A DNA stretch of 63,956 nt, the filler included, from Gonapodya sp. JEL0774 (lineage: Eukaryota), in assembly GCA_027604505.1 (NCBI GenBank). It is 4 parts of 4 records of this genome, joined end to end, with 100 filler letters (N's around TTAATTAATTAA, not from the genome) between each part and the next. Parts side by side here need not be neighbours in the genome. Positions count along the whole stretch, not along the records: positions 1 to 18,323 come from JADIIX010000262.1; positions 18,424 to 36,467 come from JADIIX010000264.1; 2 more parts are not named here. The stretch is one strand, 5' to 3'. The translations under genes were made by a program, and so were the position numbers. Shown here piece after piece: positions 13,573 through 24,592 of the stretch (within the stretch, counting starts at the first letter, position 1; each line of letters starts with the position of its first letter). The notes under the pieces were generated by a model that was given only the letters and a program-made list of their open reading frames with translations, was not told the origin of the DNA and ran no database searches.

Positions 13573-15796
13573 ATGACCCATACAATAGGGTCCCTGGACA
13601 TCGACGGCAATGCTCGCGTTCAAATTGGACACACTATCAACTACAACGTCTCGAGGTAAGCCCCACCTTTCTTTCGAAGCCACAGGAAGAACGCTTGTTG
13701 CCTCTCACTCTGTCGAGGTCAGACCCGCGATCGAAGATGTGTCTCCAAAATTTAATGCAGGACCGAAACATTACATCCCGTATCTGAAGAACGGGAAGTT
13801 CGTAGGGCGCACAGGTGCACTCGAAGCTCTGGAAAAGAAGCTGTTTGACATCAATACCAGCCGAAAGGTTGCTATCGTGGGACTGGGCGGGGTTGGAAAA
13901 ACACAGCTTGCATTGGAGTTCGCCCACCGGATGAAAGAAACGCATAAGGACTACTGCATATTCTGGTTGTCAGCAGTCAGTATGGAAGGCTTTGAGAAGG
14001 AATGCGGGGAGATTGCGAAGCAATTGGGAATACTGCAGGGTGCAGGAGGCAAGGACGATGCGAAAGATGCGGTCAAACGGTATTTGAGTAGAGAAGAAGC
14101 AGGGAGATGGCTCCTAATTCTTGACAACGCGGACAATATGGACATAGTAATGGGAGCTGGGCATACTCCTGGAATACACAACTACCTTCCCCAGAGTATG
14201 GAAGGCCGGCTAGTTTTTACAACTCGCAGTCTGGACATCGCGCACGCGCTCACACAGGGACAAACAGTTACTCTCACATCTATGAGCCCACAGGAAGCGG
14301 CGGACCTTCTCAACATGTCACTAAATGAGGAGCGAAAGCATTTACTCAGCGAAGAGTCCAACACCACTGAACTTCTTGAGGAACTCACTTACCTACCATT
14401 GGCTATCACCCAAGCCTGCGCATACCTCAACAGGAACCAGACGACAACAATACAAAAGTATATGGAGTTTTTGAGAAACAAAGAGCTCAAAGGACCTTGG
14501 CTGTGGGATTTCTACGACCACGCAGGGAACCGCAAGGACCCTGTAGCAAAAACGTGGTTGATATCGTTCGACCAGATCCGTACGCAAGATCGAAACGCCG
14601 CAGATCTCTTGGGCTTCATGGCGTGCATTGAACCAAAAGCGATCCCTCGAACCATATTACCCACGATAGGTGACGAAAATGACATGGAAATTGCCATCAA
14701 TACCCTGGTGGGGTACGCATTCGTGACACATCGTTTGGACAAGGACTCAGGAAAGGACTTTTACGATCTCCACCGGCTCGTGCACTTGGCAGCCGGCGTG
14801 TGGCTCCGCGAGCTTGGTGATGCGCCACGGAAGACAAGAGAGGCGATCCGCCACATCGCGACGGTGTTTCCGACCGACGACTGGGCGAACCGGGAGCAAT
14901 GGAGGGCGTACCTGCCGCACGCCACGAAGGTGCTCGAAGGCGGCGAAGGTAAGGAGCTGGCAGAGAGGTACGACCTGTGTTTTCGAGTCGGAGGATGCTT
15001 GCAGGTCGACGGACGCGTGCGAGAGGCGGTGCAGTGGCTTGAGCGATGCGAGAGCGGCAGGCGGGACGTGCTGATACTGGCAGAGGACCACCCCAGCTTG
15101 TTGACGACGCAGAACGACCTGGCCTGGGCGTACCTCTCCGACGGGCAGGTCAAGAAGGCCGTGCAGCTGTACGAGCGCGTGCTGGTGACGTGGGAGACAA
15201 CACTGGCAGGGGACCACCCCAGCTTGTTGACGACGCAGAACAACCTGGCCGGGGCGTACCTCTCCGACGGGCAGGTCAAGAAGGCCGTGCAGCTGTACGA
15301 GCGCGTGCTGGCTGTTTGCGAGCGGATATTGGCGGAGGACCACCCCGATCGGTTGGGGACGCAAAACAACCTGGCCGTGGCGTACCTTTCCGACGGGCAG
15401 GTCAAAAGGGCCGTGCAGCTGCTGCAGCATGTCGTCGCTGTCCGTCGGCGAACACAGCGCGAGGACCACCCGGACCGAGTGGGCTCGGAATGGTGGCTCG
15501 CACACGCGCTCGAGGAGGACCGCGCGAGCCTGGGCGGCGTGGGCGTGGGCGTGGGCGTGGGCGTGAGTGTGGGCGTGGGCGTCGGCGTGGGAGTGGGCAC
15601 GATTGTAGGCGAGGGCGAGGTGAGCGACGAGGGCGGCGGACAACGCCAGGCCGACGGACGACACCAGCGTGCAGCAGCAGCAGCAGCCGTGTCGGCAGAG
15701 GAGGTCGGGCACGCACGTGCAGGGAGTGTGAGAACACGTGGTGGCCGCGGGGGTGGCGTGCTGCGGAAACTGTGGAACACGCTCACTAGGACATAG
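13573..15796 (+). CDS. Fungal NLR (NB-ARC + TPR) with N-terminal HET-s-related amyloid motif; exons 13573-13655 and 13723-15796
   Basis: FVGR, P-loop GLGGVGKT, Walker B LLILDNAD, LPLAITQA, LHRLVH, and 42-aa EDHPxxLxTQNNLAxAY TPR repeats. The GTAAGC...TCAG intron 13656-13722 joins MTHTIGSLDIDGNARVQIGHTINYNVS in frame to RPAIEDVSP. Confidence 0.9.
15083..15490 (+). repeat. 126-bp near-identical tandem TPR-coding repeats (~3.2 copies)
   Basis: G(A/G)GGACCACCC starts at 15083, 15209, 15335 and 15461. Confidence 0.95.
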
Positions 15797-16305
15797 TGCG
15801 GGGGGCGAGGGGAGTGTGGTCGGTGGTGTGTGTGTGGTGAATTATATTATTATTAAATTAATATGTTTACTTTTTGGTTTCTATTACTTCCCACTACCGA
15901 TACGAAGTATAAGAAATGTCATACATCACCTTCTCTCTCTCTCTCCTCTCTCTCTCCTCTCTCTTACATAAAGAAGAATAGGATATAGGATACTAGGATA
16001 ACGAGATAACGTTCAATGGAGCTCACCCTTCATTAATATATACACAGGAGGCAGTACACGTACACACATACGACGTCTGTCATAGAGAAGAAGAGAAGAG
16101 AGAAGAGAGAGCGGATGTTAGAACCGTATCCTAACTGTCATATCTATCCTGAAAGACAAGTAGTCAAGAGGGGACGTCAGACCCCATGAAAAGGTCTAAT
16201 CCTGCTACGGTGCACGCCGCAAAATTACGAAGACACCCTCCCAAACCTATCTCTTCCTGCAAAACGACTCTAATAATTATTCCCCCCGCAAAATAAGCTC
16301 AGAAA

Positions 16306-17935
16306 ATGGAGCTTCATTGATTGTGCGGACGGAATTGGCGGGCGGGGCATGGTTGGGGAGGAAATGGATATGGGCACTTTCCACCATGTCCGAAAGGCGT
16401 CGGCTAAAAGCGGTTAATCTTCGGATAAACACGGCTAATCTAAAAAGGCGTTCTAGAGTGTCTGGGGAGCGACGGATTGTTGTGGGATTGTATGAAGAGC
16501 ATTGTAATTTTGTTTCGAACATATCTCTGGCCTGCGCAGAGGGCAGAGGTTGGCAAATTCCATTCCCTTCATTCTTCCGCCTCACACATGCCGCAAGCCA
16601 ATCGCAAATCCGCCAAAGCAAAGCTTCAAAAGCTTCAAACAGGCGGCGGAAAGTTTGGATCTTTGGAGCGCTTCCCAATCGATCTCGTGCCAGTCGCAGT
16701 TGCGGTGCCGCCGTTGGTCATTGCGCCAGAGGTGGAATCTGGCAGATCCGCGATATGCTCTCAATCACCGACGAGCCCTTTAAAAAGGCCTGCGCCAGAC
16801 GATGATGCAAATGATGTTTTTACTGTGCCCGATTCCCCTGTCCTGGCTGACCCAGGTGATTTGTGCAATTGGATTTGAGTTCTGCGAACATTAACTGTCA
16901 CACCATTCTGAATCGCAAATCTCAGAGGATTCCGAGTGTGATGATGAATTGTATGATGCGTTAACTCAAACTGCGGATACCGAACACTTGGAGGATGATG
17001 ATGATGAAAGTGCGGACTGGGATTCTGACATTGAGGAAGAACCGAACTTGCAGCGGATCCTCGTTGAGGAGCTGGATGTTGATGCGGAAGCAATAGATGT
17101 GGACGCAATTGACAATGAGCACGATTAAGAGGATACAATAGCCAGGAGTGGGGCCAGAGGTCCTGTTTCATTGACAGAGTGGTTGGGTGCAGTGCCGCCA
17201 GCGGAGAAAGGCATCACACCGCAGGTGATAGGGAAGGCGTCGGGCCTGAAGAGATTTTTCAACAGGAATAGTGGACGTACCCAAAGGCGAGATGCTGCAA
17301 ACCGGAGAGCTTTGGCAGTTGCTGCCGGCGATGTCTCGATCATCGGAATGTTCCAGAAAAACATTGATTGTAGACCAATACCAGAGTACAACATTCAGAG
17401 TGAAGGGACGCAAGATGACCCCATTGATATTGACGCAATGACAGTAATTGACATGCCATTGCATGCTTGGGCTGCTACAAGCACTGATCCAAAATCCCCG
17501 CCCGAACCCATCGCTCAAGACAATACCAGTCCTGCTCACCCACGTAACGCAAAAAGCAAAGTGCCTGCTAGAAAAGCTGGCCGTAAGAGGATACGGGGAA
17601 TGCTTGCAATTGAAGCAGCAACTTCGAAGCGACATGAACATGCTGGAGAGACGGGTGATATATTGAGGCAAAACCCACTGTTACAAAAACCTATCAAGGA
17701 ACGTTACGCTATTCTTCGAAGGCTATTTGAGAGGTCAAACTTCGCGGAGCTCGGGAATGATGGAAGAGGGAAGCGGCCAAAACTCACTCCATTCCTTCGA
17801 AAATATGCCATTCTCCGTCTGCATGAACTTACAAATGGGCCAGATAGCATGGGCAGGATTGCCGCAGCTGATATGCTTGCGAATTCAATTTTTGACAGAC
17901 CAGCGGGTGGATACATTTCTCAGCAGATACGAAAG
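16306..17935 (+). pseudogene. Broken hypothetical ORF, possibly a DNA-transposon-derived remnant, truncated by an LTR-like insertion
   Basis: Fragmented ORFs 16477-16878 and 17171-18025 with stops; the reading frame loses plausibility at ~17936. No catalytic motif seen. Confidence 0.3.
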
Positions 17936-18323
17936 TGTGTGGAGGACTGCACGGGATGGATCGAAGGGGCGGGAGTGTATGATGATGTTCGAGGTGTAGA
18001 ATATATTTGCTATACACGCGGCTAAACCCTCACACATAGACCCGTTCCGTCACACTCCCCCCATCACATCAAGCTGATGTCCTCATCAGCTGGGCCCTAC
18101 ATCAGGCGATTGACTAAACATGTGTGAACGTCACTCAGTCATTGCCGCTTCAAACAACACAAGCTCTCCCAAGAAGGAAACGGATCTTGGATTCATTTAC
18201 CGCACCTTCCTTTCATCCATGGGGCAACCTGGTACATTGTGCAGGGGAATCCTTTGATTAGGACGAAGAGAAGGTCGTCATGCGAGCTGCTCGGCAAAGG
18301 TTGCCGGGCCCCACTCGGGTCGG
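17936..18323 (-). mobile_element. Possible 3' end of an LTR retrotransposon (polypurine tract plus short LTR)
   Basis: The minus strand reads GGGGGGAG directly followed by TGTGACGG (from 18054 down), with a TG..CA boundary near 17936. Confidence 0.35.
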
Positions 18324-18423
18324 NNNNNNNNNNNNNNNNNNNNNNNNNNNNNNNNNNNNNNNNNNNNTTAATTAATTAANNNNNNNNNNNNNNNNNNNNN
18401 NNNNNNNNNNNNNNNNNNNNNNN
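18324..18423. other. Artificial contig linker
   Basis: N44-TTAATTAATTAA-N44, with stop codons in all six frames. Confidence 0.95.
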
Positions 18424-19450
18424 TCTTTGCTCTTCAGAAAATATGGCATGAAGACATGGGTTGCTTCATCCACAACAAGTAGCATGTACCTTTCATGGTG
18501 GATGCTTTCAGTCCTCACAGGTCCAAAGATGTCTGCATGTACCCTACCACCAGGTCTTGTTGCTTTCTGCCTTGGTGGCAAGTTGAATGGGAGCTTTGAA
18601 GCTTTCCCCATAAGGCATCCTTCACATACAAGTGGGTGATAACTCCCCCTGGGATCACATCCCTCCACTTTGCCAGCTCTAATTAGCTTAATAAGGTCCT
18701 TGAAATTCAAATGTGCATATCTGACATGTGCCATTGCAAGATTGTGACTTGACTTTAGATCTGACTTGGCCACCGCATGATTGTCAGACTTGCTGTTAGT
18801 CTTCCACTTGGACTCGGTTCTCTTTACTTCTGCTTTGCGAGCGGTTTTAAGTGGCTCTTCCAGCACCAACTTTGACTTGTCTTGCATTACAGGTTCAAGG
18901 TCCCCTTCTCCTTCAACATCTTGCTCCTCCAGCATCAGAGTTGTGTGTTGACTTAAAGCAGTTGTCTTTGAGACAATAGAAATAGGCATGTCATACAAAT
19001 GTTGGCCACGAGACATTCCTCTGCACAGTTCATGTCCATTGCTGTCAAAGAAAACACATTCATTTGTGAAACCAGGAAAAGTTGCAGTTATGCCAAGTTT
19101 CTGCAAGGACTTTCAGCAAAGTAGATCTAGCTTTAGGATCAAGAATGACAATGGGAATATCCCAATCAGAATAAGAATCAGTGCTGTGAAATCTCAATGT
19201 TAAAGTTCCCCTTCCAAGGGGATTTGGAGGTCTGACCCTCTGCAGCCATTCTAATAGTGATAGTTTCTGAGACAAAATCCTTGAGAGCAGAATGCTCAGA
19301 AGTGATGCAATCAGTTGCACCAGAATCAACTAAAACTCTGCCAGATCTGCTGGTTGTTGCAGGAAAAGCATGTGCATTCAGAGCCATTGGCTCACCATTT
19401 GGATCAAGAGTAGAGACATAAGCAAGCAACCCAACTGGGATCTTATCTGC
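18424..19450 (-). mobile_element. Ty1/copia pol fragment (protease, GAG-pre-integrase, integrase N-terminus), frameshifted
   Basis: LVDSGATDCIT protease motif; HVRYAHLN...CEGCLMGK; VHADIFGP; YMLLVVDEAT. Confidence 0.9.
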
Positions 19451-19949
19451 ATCAAATATCTGTAAAGTTTGAGACCTAGATGATTGATTGTCCCCTCCCC
19501 AACAGACCCACGAGCCAAACTCTAATGGGGTTGTGGTCCCCCCCTGTGACTTTGCGCAGTGGGGCTGGAGGGGAGGGGAGGGAGCCCCACGCAGCAGGTT
19601 CTTGTAGCAATGCTGCACCACAGTGCTGCACAGACTCAAATCTGCAGACAGGGCCTCTCATCCACTCATCATATGGCACGACATGATCCACAAAATTGGA
19701 CTTCTGACTCAAATACCCGAAAGTGTCCTGTGCACACAACTGAGCTTACAAAATATGCCATTCATCACACCCAGATTGACATACAAGCCTTTTCCCACAC
19801 TCTTTATACTCCTGAGAACAACCAAACTTGACAGGTTACTGTTGGATACATGTGATGTGTCTGTGTGTGTGTGTGCGATGTATGTAGTATATATTTGTAT
19901 GATGGACCGCTACACATAGATGAGTGCGCTGGCTTGTAATATACTAAGT

Positions 19950-21820
19950 TCCGCACACAAGAACATACCTGTATTCTGACACAAAACCTGCTCCTGCTGA
20001 ATCTGCTAGTTCTGGTAAACAAAAATCTGTGACCTTTAAGACAGATTCACATGGTGGGAATGCAAGATCTAGTTCAGGACCTGCAGAAGCATCTAAGGGC
20101 AAGGCAAAGGCACCTGTAAATCTCAAGATAAATTCCGAATCAGCAGGTGGCCCCTCTAGATTGGAACCAGGAGCTCAACGAAGGGATGTTGCACCAAATG
20201 AATTGACTGACCCAGCCTTCAATCCTCCAGAATTCATTTATGCTAAGCAAACAAGTGTTGAAGATGGCAATGGCACCAGGGGGAGTGATGCAGAGAAAAT
20301 TGATGGTTCTCCTGAAGCCAACCTGGTTATTGTGGAAAGCACAGAGCTGATACCAGTCCCAACATCCCACAGAGAGGCCATACAAAGCTTCAACTCAGAC
20401 TCTTGGAGACAAGCATGGCTGTAGGACATGGGTACATGGGAGCTTGTAGATCATCCAAAACATCAAGCTGTTCTCTCTGTGAAGCCTATACCAAATGTTA
20501 AGGCTAGATTGAAATTTGGATGCCCTTTGTTCATGGAGAGCCACAGGAGGAAGTTTACATGGAGCAACCACATGGGCTTGAAGAAGTACCAGGCAAATTA
20601 TGCCTTCTCTTCAAATCTCTGTATGGACTGAAGCAATCAGCAATGTGTGGTTTAAGAAATGGAGGAGTATTCTACTGTCAATGGGGTTCACTCAGTTGCA
20701 GTCTGATCATGTGGTCTTTGTCAAGAAAGATGAGAATGGAAAGCCACTTATTGTTGTTGGTGGGCATGTTGATGATTTATTGGCAGCAGCTGTCTCAGAT
20801 GCCCTTCTAGATGAATTTTCTTTGACACAGCACTTGAAAGTGAAATCTGGAAAGCTGGAAGTTTTCCTTGGAGTTCAAACGCACCAGAACCCTGTGACTG
20901 GTACCATCTTCATCCACCATCATAGCAAAATTATTGACCTTTTGGAGGAAGTTGGAATGTTGAACGTACAACCTGTTGGCACACCTTTGCAAGCTGGTGT
21001 AAGACTTACGAGAGCTGATTGTCCCAAGACTGATGCTGAGAGGCAGGATATTGACCATGCACAATTCAGACATCTTGTTGGAATATGTTTGCACATTATG
21101 GTTATGACAAGACCAGACATATGTCCTGCTGTAAAAATATGAACTGAGGTTTTAGACAATCCAAGCCATAAGCATTTGGATGCATTGAAATGGCTCCTGA
21201 GATATTTGGCTTGCACAAAGGACTTGGGAATTTGATACCTAGGCCACAAGGAACCTGAGAAACAACATGTAGCAACCTCTTTACATGGTGACTATGATGC
21301 AGACTTTGTCACAGATGTGCATGCCAGAAAATCACACAGTGGCTATGTTTTCCTGATGACTGGAGGTGCAGTGAGTTTGTCCAGCAGGAAACAGGAACTA
21401 GTGGCCACCTCACCTACACATGCAGAGTATGTTGGTCAAGACCATGCTACCAGGGAGCTCTTGTGGATTACCAAGTTTGTCAAGGAGCTTGGACTTAGTT
21501 GCTCAGGTGCAATTAATGTTTATGGTGGAAGAGATCCAGAATGCCCCACCTTCATAGGAGACAATCAGGGAGCAATAGCACTGGCCAAGAACCCTGTTTG
21601 CCACAAGCTTTCTGAACACTTTGACCTTAAATCCCACTTTCTCCATGAACAGCTTGAGAAGGGGATTCTTACTGCCCCGCCCATGTTAATGTTGCTGACA
21701 TTATGACTTAGCCAGTACTAAAGCAGTCTTTTTAGCAACATCAAGCATCAATAGGGGTGTATTCTATTGCTACGTGAGATGATGGTAAACTTCACACTGA
21801 AGTGTTTGTTTCAGGGGGAG
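19950..21820 (+). mobile_element. Decayed Ty1/copia reverse transcriptase-RNase H region with polypurine tract
   Basis: GTWELVD, EEVYMEQPHG, KSLYGLKQS, HVDDLL, TRPDI, SSRKQELVATS, DNQGAIALAKNP; several stops and frameshifts; PPT AGGGGGAG ends at 21820. Confidence 0.92.
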
Positions 21821-22094
21821 TGTTGAGATATGGGTGTTTTGACATTTCAGATGGCCTAGCACCACAGGGAGTTGGAATTCCAGAATAACTAATGGAGGAA
21901 AGTCATTTGCTGTACAATTCTCTACAAGTTTGTCCTTCACAGTTTTGTTGTAGCATTATGGGTTAGTGAGCTACACTAGGGAACCTGGGTAATGTAGTGC
22001 ATACTTTTGGGGATGGTGCTATGGTCGTCCAATAAAATAAATTTAGCTTTTTCCGTATGACATGTTCGAATAAGTGAATCATAACCGCTCAACA
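21821..22094 (+). repeat. Copia 3' LTR (~274 bp)
   Basis: Starts TGTTGAG right after the PPT, ends CTCAACA (7-bp terminal inverted repeat), and contains AATAAA. Confidence 0.8.
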
Positions 22095-22199
22095 AAAAGT
22101 TATCCATTTATTGATGGTGTCACATACATAACTTGCTAACTGTTAGTTGCCCAACCCAAATATGACATTGTTAATTCCAAGTGGCAGGATTCCACCCTG

Positions 22200-23330
22200 G
22201 CAAGTGAGTTGATGGTTTGTCTTGAGCAAACTTGTTCCTATTGAGACATCTACTCACCAACATTTTTATTTGCATCCCAACTGTTGATCTCCTGCATATC
22301 CTCTGTTGACAGTTGAAAGTCAAATAAGTTTGCGTTTTCAATAATTCTTTCCTTCTTCACTGATTTTGGTATTATCACATAACTGAACACCGATTGTTGT
22401 TAAGCAATTCAACATTCAATAAACACCAAACTTGATTTGTGACTCACTGTTCCTGCAGTGCCCATCTAAGAAGAATTTGTGCTGGACTTCTATTGTGTTT
22501 TGAAGCAAGATTTTGCAATTCACTATGAAGAAAATGTTGACCTCTAGTAATAGAACCCCATGCTTCAACAACAATGTCTCTCTGAATGCATTCTGACACA
22601 ATTTCTTTTCTTTGGAAAAATGGATGAAGCTCCAGCTGATTCACTGCAGGCTTTATCGATGCATAATTGTCCATTTCTTTTATGTGCTGGGTGCCGTAGT
22701 TTGAAATTCCTGGGGTTAGCTAATGGTGGTAAGGCGTTGTTTATGATTCACAATGAAGGAACAACCGAAACACACCTATAGACTTTGCTTGACCTGTCTT
22801 CCTCAGGTGCTCCAAGGCAAGCCACGCTAAAAGTAAAGAGTCAAAACAAGCTTGAACAATACTTAAGATTGGTGACAAACTCAACTATCTTTACGAGTGC
22901 CCTCTTGTGGCGCGTGAATGAGATACAAATCAACATAGGTTGTCCCAAGCTTCCTCAAAGAATCTTGGAATGCTTGAATCGTTTTATCATATCCCTGGTG
23001 TGAGTTCCAGACCTATTTCAATCATCGCAAGATCAGGAAGTGTTCGCATAAGAAGAGAAAAAACGGGGAAGATTGCCTTCGTCGTGATAAAGATATCCTC
23101 TCGGGGAACACCGCTTGCATGAATACCTGTGGCGACTTCTGTTTCATTCCCATCTATCATCCAAAAAAGCGTCATGATGTCAAAAGGTAACAGCTTCCAA
23201 TCGAATGAGCTTACAAAGCTGGGCTGTATCGATGTGCCTGTATCCAGCCTCCAAAGCCCATCGAACGGCATCTACGCATTCCTGGCCTTTAGATTGATAA
23301 ACTCCGAGTCCGAGTTGGGGCATGAAGTTC
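22200..23330 (-). CDS. Aldo-keto reductase (spliced; ends approximate; intactness uncertain)
   Basis: [72 protein letters not shown]. Confidence 0.8.
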
Positions 23331-23577
23331 TGGTGAGATGAGCCAAATCACCTTTCAATAGCTTCGAGAGAATGTCCACCAGCTGCTGTGTCTCACCCCA
23401 TCGTTCAATTTTACTCGATCGAAGGGCAGTGCTGACATCACTTGTGTTCAGACGAAATTTTGTTTTTGCCGAGTCCGGGACAGGATCTAAAGTAGTGTTG
23501 GTTGTTCCCTGGAGTTCGAATTTATTTGGGGGACACGGGTACCTGTGCGTTCACGATACTCATCTAGAAACTTCAAA

Positions 23578-24531
23578 ATGGCGATGAATCGAAACGCTGT
23601 GGCGCCCAATGACAACAAGAGACTGAGCATATTCGGTTGGAAAGAGTATCATCAGACTGGAAGCGTGGAAACGCTCGTGGAGCAGGGAAAGGTCGAGGAA
23701 ATTTCGCAGCCAGTTCACAAAAAGCTCGGTAAGAACTCAAAGTTGTCGCACTTCTTTTGCACTTATATGACGAATGATGCAAGAATATCTCCATTTCTCA
23801 TAGTTATTGTCGGGGATGGCAGCGCAGGGAAAACCAGTCTTCTGATTGTCGCTTGTCAAGGAGCGCAGAATTTCCCACACAAATACACTCCCACGGTGCG
23901 TAACAAGCGTCACGCAAATCAGTCGTTATGGTGCCTCAGAATAAGTCTACTTGATTTGCTGCATCAGGTGTTTGACAATCATTTACTGCTTGTCAAGAAT
24001 GCATCGGGGAGGATGGACGTTGAACTAGGACTTTGGGACACTGCTGGACAAGAGGACTATGATCGGCTTCGCCCCCTCTCATATCCTGACACAAATGTCG
24101 TTATTATTGTGTTTGACCTCTCTTCAATAGAAAGTTTAGCGAGCATTAAGGAGAAGGTACCACAATTGCTACATAGTCTGAAGCAAGTCTCACCAGCGCA
24201 AATTGCCTAATCCTAGTGGTACCCAGAAGTTAGACACTTTTGCCCAGGAGTTCCGATAATCTTGGTGGGGACTAAAGCAGATGTGGTCTTGGGTCATCGT
24301 GTTTACACGGAAGAAGAAGTGAGTGAGCTCTTGATGGTCGTTCGATGAATCGATCCATTTATTCGAACTTTGTAGATTGCCGCAGTCAAAAGGTATACCC
24401 GCGCAAGTGCATACTTTGAAACATCTGCAAAAACAGGTCACGGTGTGGCCGAGCTGTTCCGACGGGCAGCAGAGCTCTCGTTCGTCGATCGGCGGAAAAG
24501 AAGAAGGGGCGACGGTTGCGCCGTCATGTGA
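23578..24531 (+). CDS. Rho-family small GTPase (spliced)
   Basis: [47 protein letters not shown], and a polybasic tail with CAAX CAVM*. Confidence 0.95.
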
Positions 24532-24592
24532 TTCACATCAACCGTATAGATCTTAGCTTTAGTGTCACTACAACGATAAATGCATTGCCACC

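Noticed and set aside
13610..13722. ORF-track N-terminus of the NLR (MLAFKLDT...)
   Set aside because: It runs through a canonical intron; the alternative-frame exon from 13573 is better supported.
15535..15598. (GV)n tail of the NLR as a second amyloid motif
   Set aside because: Explained by a GGCGTG microsatellite expansion, with no match to known signalling motifs.
14747..15789. Long antisense and alternative-frame ORFs over the TPR region (also over the S/T-rich exons)
   Set aside because: Shadow ORFs caused by GC-rich repetitive coding sequence.
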